NCBI GenBank assembly: GCA_964452325.1 | Contig: CAYVLB010000003.1 | Coordinates: forward strand, 1-39,198 | DNA: 39,198 nt | From: an uncultured Sphingobacteriales bacterium | GTDB taxonomy: Bacteria > Bacteroidota > Bacteroidia > JAADEI01 > JALVCQ01 | Direction: 5' to 3' | Shown: positions 36,125 through 39,198 of the stretch, piece by piece | How positions within the stretch are numbered: the stretch's first letter is position 1 | Layout: every line of letters begins with the position of its first letter | Notes under the pieces: generated by a model | What the model saw: only the letters and a program-made list of their open reading frames with translations | The model's database searches: none | Told to the model about the DNA's origin: nothing | Translations under genes and position numbers: made by a program

Positions 36125-37027
36125 ATGCAACAGCATTGGGTGGTGAGGTGGGTGGTGAGGTGGCTGTTGGGAATATTTACAGGAGCGTCGATGGTATTGC
36201 AGGCACAAACCACCGATCGTTATGTCCAGGAAGTATTGAAGGAGACAGAGCAGTTGCTCAAGATATATGGCGACAGTATGATCCATGGTTCTACGCAAGG
36301 TATTCGAGTCTTTGCATTAACCCGCTTTATCCCTCTATTTCGGAGCACACTGCATTATCCTGAGGCCTTTAATTATGCATTTGATTCCCTGCCATTTCTG
36401 AAAAAGTTAATGGCCCCCCATCGCCAATTCCGGATTTTCACCTGGGCCATACCTTTCAATGACGGTTCTTTTCGGCATTATGGCGTCATCTTACGGCGCC
36501 ATTCCAAAGACAGTGTTCAAGTACTACCCCTTTATGACCATTTTTCCGAATTGGTGGATGCCCATAACATCCTTACCGCATCAGTAGGCCGCCAGCAGTG
36601 GCCAGGTGCTATCTATTACGACATTCGATGCTTCGATTCAGAAGCAGGCAAATCCTATTGTTTGCTGCTGGGATGGAACGGAACTTCCCCCCACAAACTA
36701 CGTCGTCGAATTATTGAACCCATTCACTGGGAAGGTGATACGGTAGTATTCGGACTACCTGTATTGGTCGACCAACGGGGAGTCCACATGCGGGAAATGT
36801 TGGAATATCATCCCACAGCAACGCTGACGCTTCGGTTCGACAACAAAGACGGGCAGCCAGCCATCGTATTCGATCATTTAGTGCACCAACGAATTCCTAC
36901 CGGTGAAGACGGGTTCGTACCGGATGGCACTTATGATTACTATATCCTTGGCAATGATGGCAAGTGGTATAAACGCGCTTTTTTCTTCGGCAAAGGGCCT
37001 ACTCCCTCCCAAAGCACTGGTAGGTAA
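36125..37027 (+). CDS. Hypothetical exported protein (300 aa), family not recognised
   Basis: Its ATG directly abuts the thiolase TAG (TAGATG). The N-terminus MQQHWVVRWVVRWLLGIFTGASMVLQAQ is signal-peptide-like. Confidence 0.7.
   Translation: MQQHWVVRWVVRWLLGIFTGASMVLQAQTTDRYVQEVLKETEQLLKIYGDSMIHGSTQGIRVFALTRFIPLFRSTLHYPEAFNYAFDSLPFLKKLMAPHRQFRIFTWAIPFNDGSFRHYGVILRRHSKDSVQVLPLYDHFSELVDAHNILTASVGRQQWPGAIYYDIRCFDSEAGKSYCLLLGWNGTSPHKLRRRIIEPIHWEGDTVVFGLPVLVDQRGVHMREMLEYHPTATLTLRFDNKDGQPAIVFDHLVHQRIPTGEDGFVPDGTYDYYILGNDGKWYKRAFFFGKGPTPSQSTGR
36137..36160 (+). repeat. Perfect tandem duplication 2 x 12 nt (TGGGTGGTGAGG), in frame, encoding WVVRWVVR
   Basis: Read directly. Copies lie at 36137-36148 and 36149-36160, followed by a partial TGG at 36161-36163. 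Confidence 0.9.
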
Positions 37028-37077
37028 TGCATCCTGTGCTAAACCATCGCAAGGCAGATCAACGGGATGGTTCTTCT

Positions 37078-37085
37078 TATATTTG
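37078..37085 (+). promoter_or_regulatory. -7 box TAnnTTTG (TATATTTG) upstream of the bTHX gene
   Basis: TATATTTG on the + strand, 29 nt upstream of ATG 37115. Confidence 0.4.
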
Positions 37086-37114
37086 CGCCCTGTAAAGAGA
37101 ATTGCCACGCATCC

Positions 37115-37261
37115 ATGGGTAAAGGAGATCGGCGAACGCGGCGGGGGAAGATTTTTCATGGTTCGTTTGGGAAATATCGCCCCCGTAAAGCCAAGAACAA
37201 AGGCGTAACCTATTCGAGGGTTACGAAAGAAGATCGCAAGGAATCCGCTGACGAAAAATAG
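37115..37261 (+). CDS. 30S ribosomal protein bTHX
   Basis: ORF 37067-37261. The internal ATG at 37115 gives [30 protein letters not shown].., the THX signature, followed by a charged tail. Confidence 0.85.
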   Translation: MGKGDRRTRRGKIFHGSFGKYRPRKAKNKGVTYSRVTKEDRKESADEK

Positions 37262-37276
37262 GCTGTGGAGGACCCC

Positions 37277-37966
37277 ATGGCCCCCAGCGAGCACGGACGG
37301 GTGATCCTTGTCCCGACTCCCATTGGCCATCTTGAAGATATTACGTTGCGGGCATTAGAAGTGCTACGAAATGCAGATGAAGTATGGTGTGAAGATACAC
37401 GCCATACCAAAGCATTAATGAATCGATATCACATCCAACGTCCCCTTCGTTCTCTTCACCAGCACAACGAGCATCGCGTGTTACCTGGATGGGTGGCTAA
37501 AGTTGCTCGTAGAGCCCAAACAATAGCAGTCGTTACCGATGCGGGTACGCCGGGAATCTCCGATCCTGGATATTTGGTAGTGCAGGAGTGCTATCGACAG
37601 GGAGTCCTGGTCGACTGTTTACCCGGCCCCACTGCCTTAATTCCATCATTGGTGCTTTCTGGGCTCCCGGCTCATCGATTTGCATTCGAGGGTTTTTTAA
37701 CTCCCAAGAAAGGACGTCGTAAGCGCTTAGAGGCGTTTCGAGACGATGAACGTACCATGATTTTCTATGAATCACCCCGCCGTTTATTACGTACCCTCCG
37801 GGATTTATTAGAATATTTGGGGAGTTCCCGACAAGCTGCGGTAATCCGAGAACTAACAAAGGTGCACCAGGAGGTACGTCGCGGCACCCTGATGGAACTA
37901 TACGCCCATTATGAGCAGCATCCAGTCCGTGGTGAAGTGGTATTGGTGGTGGCGGGAAGATCATAA
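37277..37966 (+). CDS. rsmI: 16S rRNA (cytidine1402-2'-O)-methyltransferase RsmI
   Basis: ORF 37265-37966, where the track start is GTG. The ATG at 37277 gives MAPSEHGRVILVPTPIGHLEDITLRALEVL. It also has TDAGTPGISDPG and FYESPRRL. Confidence 0.9.
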   Translation: MAPSEHGRVILVPTPIGHLEDITLRALEVLRNADEVWCEDTRHTKALMNRYHIQRPLRSLHQHNEHRVLPGWVAKVARRAQTIAVVTDAGTPGISDPGYLVVQECYRQGVLVDCLPGPTALIPSLVLSGLPAHRFAFEGFLTPKKGRRKRLEAFRDDERTMIFYESPRRLLRTLRDLLEYLGSSRQAAVIRELTKVHQEVRRGTLMELYAHYEQHPVRGEVVLVVAGRS

Positions 37967-39198
37967 ATTCCTTCGGGGGATCACAGTCGCTTTGTGGCTG
38001 GCCATCGTGGGATGGATAGCATGGCCTCCGCGCTCCTGGCCACTTCTGCTTCCGTTGGCACTGGCACCAATGGTGCAGTATGTACAATCCGCTTCCGTCC
38101 GACGTGGAACCGTAGCAGCATTTGGGGGAATGCTGGGCTGGAACCTTCTTACCACCTTCTGGATTCGGCATGCAACCCTTCCCGGTGCCCTATTTGCCAC
38201 AACCGCCAACGCACTGATTTTCTCCATTCCCTGGTGGGGATTGGCAGTATCAAAAAAAGTGTTTCGCCCCCGATTCGGATTTGGGGCATTTGTCATCATG
38301 TGGTTAGTGTGGGAACGTTTTCATTTCCAATGGGAATTGGCATGGCCATGGCTAACGCTGGGCAATGTTTTTTCGGTCCGCCCCGAAATGGTCCAGTGGT
38401 ATGCCTATACGGGAGTGCTGGGAGGAACACTATGGGTCTGGTGGATCACCTATCAATTGATATCACTGACCAAAAACCTTAACAGCATTCGATCGGTCTG
38501 GAAATGGGTAGGATTGGGCATGGTTCTGATCATCCCATGGTCAATTTCAATGTGGCTACTTCGGGTACCCCTTCCCACAGAAGGTGATGTAATGGTCGGA
38601 TGCATTCAGCCAAATATCAACCCTTATGAAGAAAAGTTCGATCCAGCCACTCAAACCCGACAAATGGACACCCTTTTGTCATTATCATCCCGAGCTTATC
38701 GCCGGGGGGCCCGTGTAATCATCTGGCCAGAAACATCTATTCCAGGAGTCATTCCCGAACATTCTCCGAATGATAACCCCTATTTCCGGCAAGCAGCCAC
38801 ATGGCTTTATCGCCATCCCGATGCCCATTTAATTGCTGGGGCAGTGACATCGAAAGTGTACCATGCTGAAGAACCCCCGACACCCAGTGCCCGCCCTGCC
38901 GGACCAGGGCAATATATCGATTATTACAACTCAGTGATTACCCTATCGCCGAAACGCTCATTTCAGATATACCATAAGCATAAATTAGTACCCGGCGTAG
39001 AATGGCTTCCATATCCGCACATGCTGTCGGTGCTTCGCCCATTGATGGCTAATTTGGGAGGAGTTACTGGGGCGTATGGACGCGAAGGCCCCATGTGGCC
39101 GCTGTGGGTAGATTCCATAAGTATTGCACCGGCAATATGCTATGAGTCGGTATTTGGGGATTTTTTACGCACCTTTGTATCGGATGGAGCTTCCCTAC
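37911..39198 (+). CDS. lnt: Apolipoprotein N-acyltransferase Lnt; 3' end beyond the window
   Basis: Absent from the track because there is no stop in the window. My translation shows multiple N-terminal TM helices (..ALWLAIVGWIAWPP..), then IIWPETSIP, YHKHKLVPGVE and the catalytic APAICYESVFGDF. The start is uncertain: ATG 37911 overlaps rsmI by 56 nt, and GTG 37929/37932 and TTG 37992 are also possible. Confidence 0.85.
   Translation, partial: MSSIQSVVKWYWWWREDHKFLRGITVALWLAIVGWIAWPPRSWPLLLPLALAPMVQYVQSASVRRGTVAAFGGMLGWNLLTTFWIRHATLPGALFATTANALIFSIPWWGLAVSKKVFRPRFGFGAFVIMWLVWERFHFQWELAWPWLTLGNVFSVRPEMVQWYAYTGVLGGTLWVWWITYQLISLTKNLNSIRSVWKWVGLGMVLIIPWSISMWLLRVPLPTEGDVMVGCIQPNINPYEEKFDPATQTRQMDTLLSLSSRAYRRGARVIIWPETSIPGVIPEHSPNDNPYFRQAATWLYRHPDAHLIAGAVTSKVYHAEEPPTPSARPAGPGQYIDYYNSVITLSPKRSFQIYHKHKLVPGVEWLPYPHMLSVLRPLMANLGGVTGAYGREGPMWPLWVDSISIAPAICYESVFGDFLRTFVSDGASL

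Noticed and set aside
1-39198. Scan for CRISPR arrays, IS elements or inverted terminal repeats, integrases, toxin-antitoxin pairs and rRNA genes
   Set aside because: I saw no regularly spaced direct repeats, no transposase- or integrase-like ORFs even next to the three tRNAs, and no rRNA signatures. This was a by-eye scan only, so short or degenerate elements could have been missed.

Overview
This is a densely coding 39.2-kb window (about 95% coding by my tally), almost all housekeeping. I count 34 intact protein genes, one probable remnant or pseudogene pair, and 3 tRNAs (Phe-GAA, Leu-UAA, Gly-GCC). I saw no rRNA, CRISPR array, transposase, integrase or phage genes. Several features point to a Bacteroidota-like (FCB group) chromosome, by inference only. 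These are ribosomal protein bTHX, a CarboxypepD_reg-type TonB-dependent receptor, the miaB / sigma-54 activator / lptE / secG cluster, serC-serA-DUF1015, and a recurrent TAnnTTTG box upstream of transcription units. Product calls rest on motifs I recognise in the supplied translations; no homology search was possible. Several ORF-track starts are GTG/TTG-extended, and I moved them to starts that fit neighbouring stops or promoter boxes. I do not see a clear-cut novel multi-gene system. The best second-look candidates are: (1) the window-centre locus 19096-19845, a thioredoxin-fold remnant translationally coupled to a two-cysteine membrane protein whose frame breaks just after a T7 run; (2) a heptahaem cytochrome c-TPR fusion wedged by overlaps between ribBA and mltG; (3) a TonB-dependent receptor overlapping a signal-less WD40 protein; (4) an ~1130-aa orphan outer-membrane-type protein beside a lone pstC; (5) an orphan type III Mod-like DNA methyltransferase; (6) a perfect 15-bp palindrome between divergent promoters; (7) a consensus sigma-54 promoter antisense inside purA.
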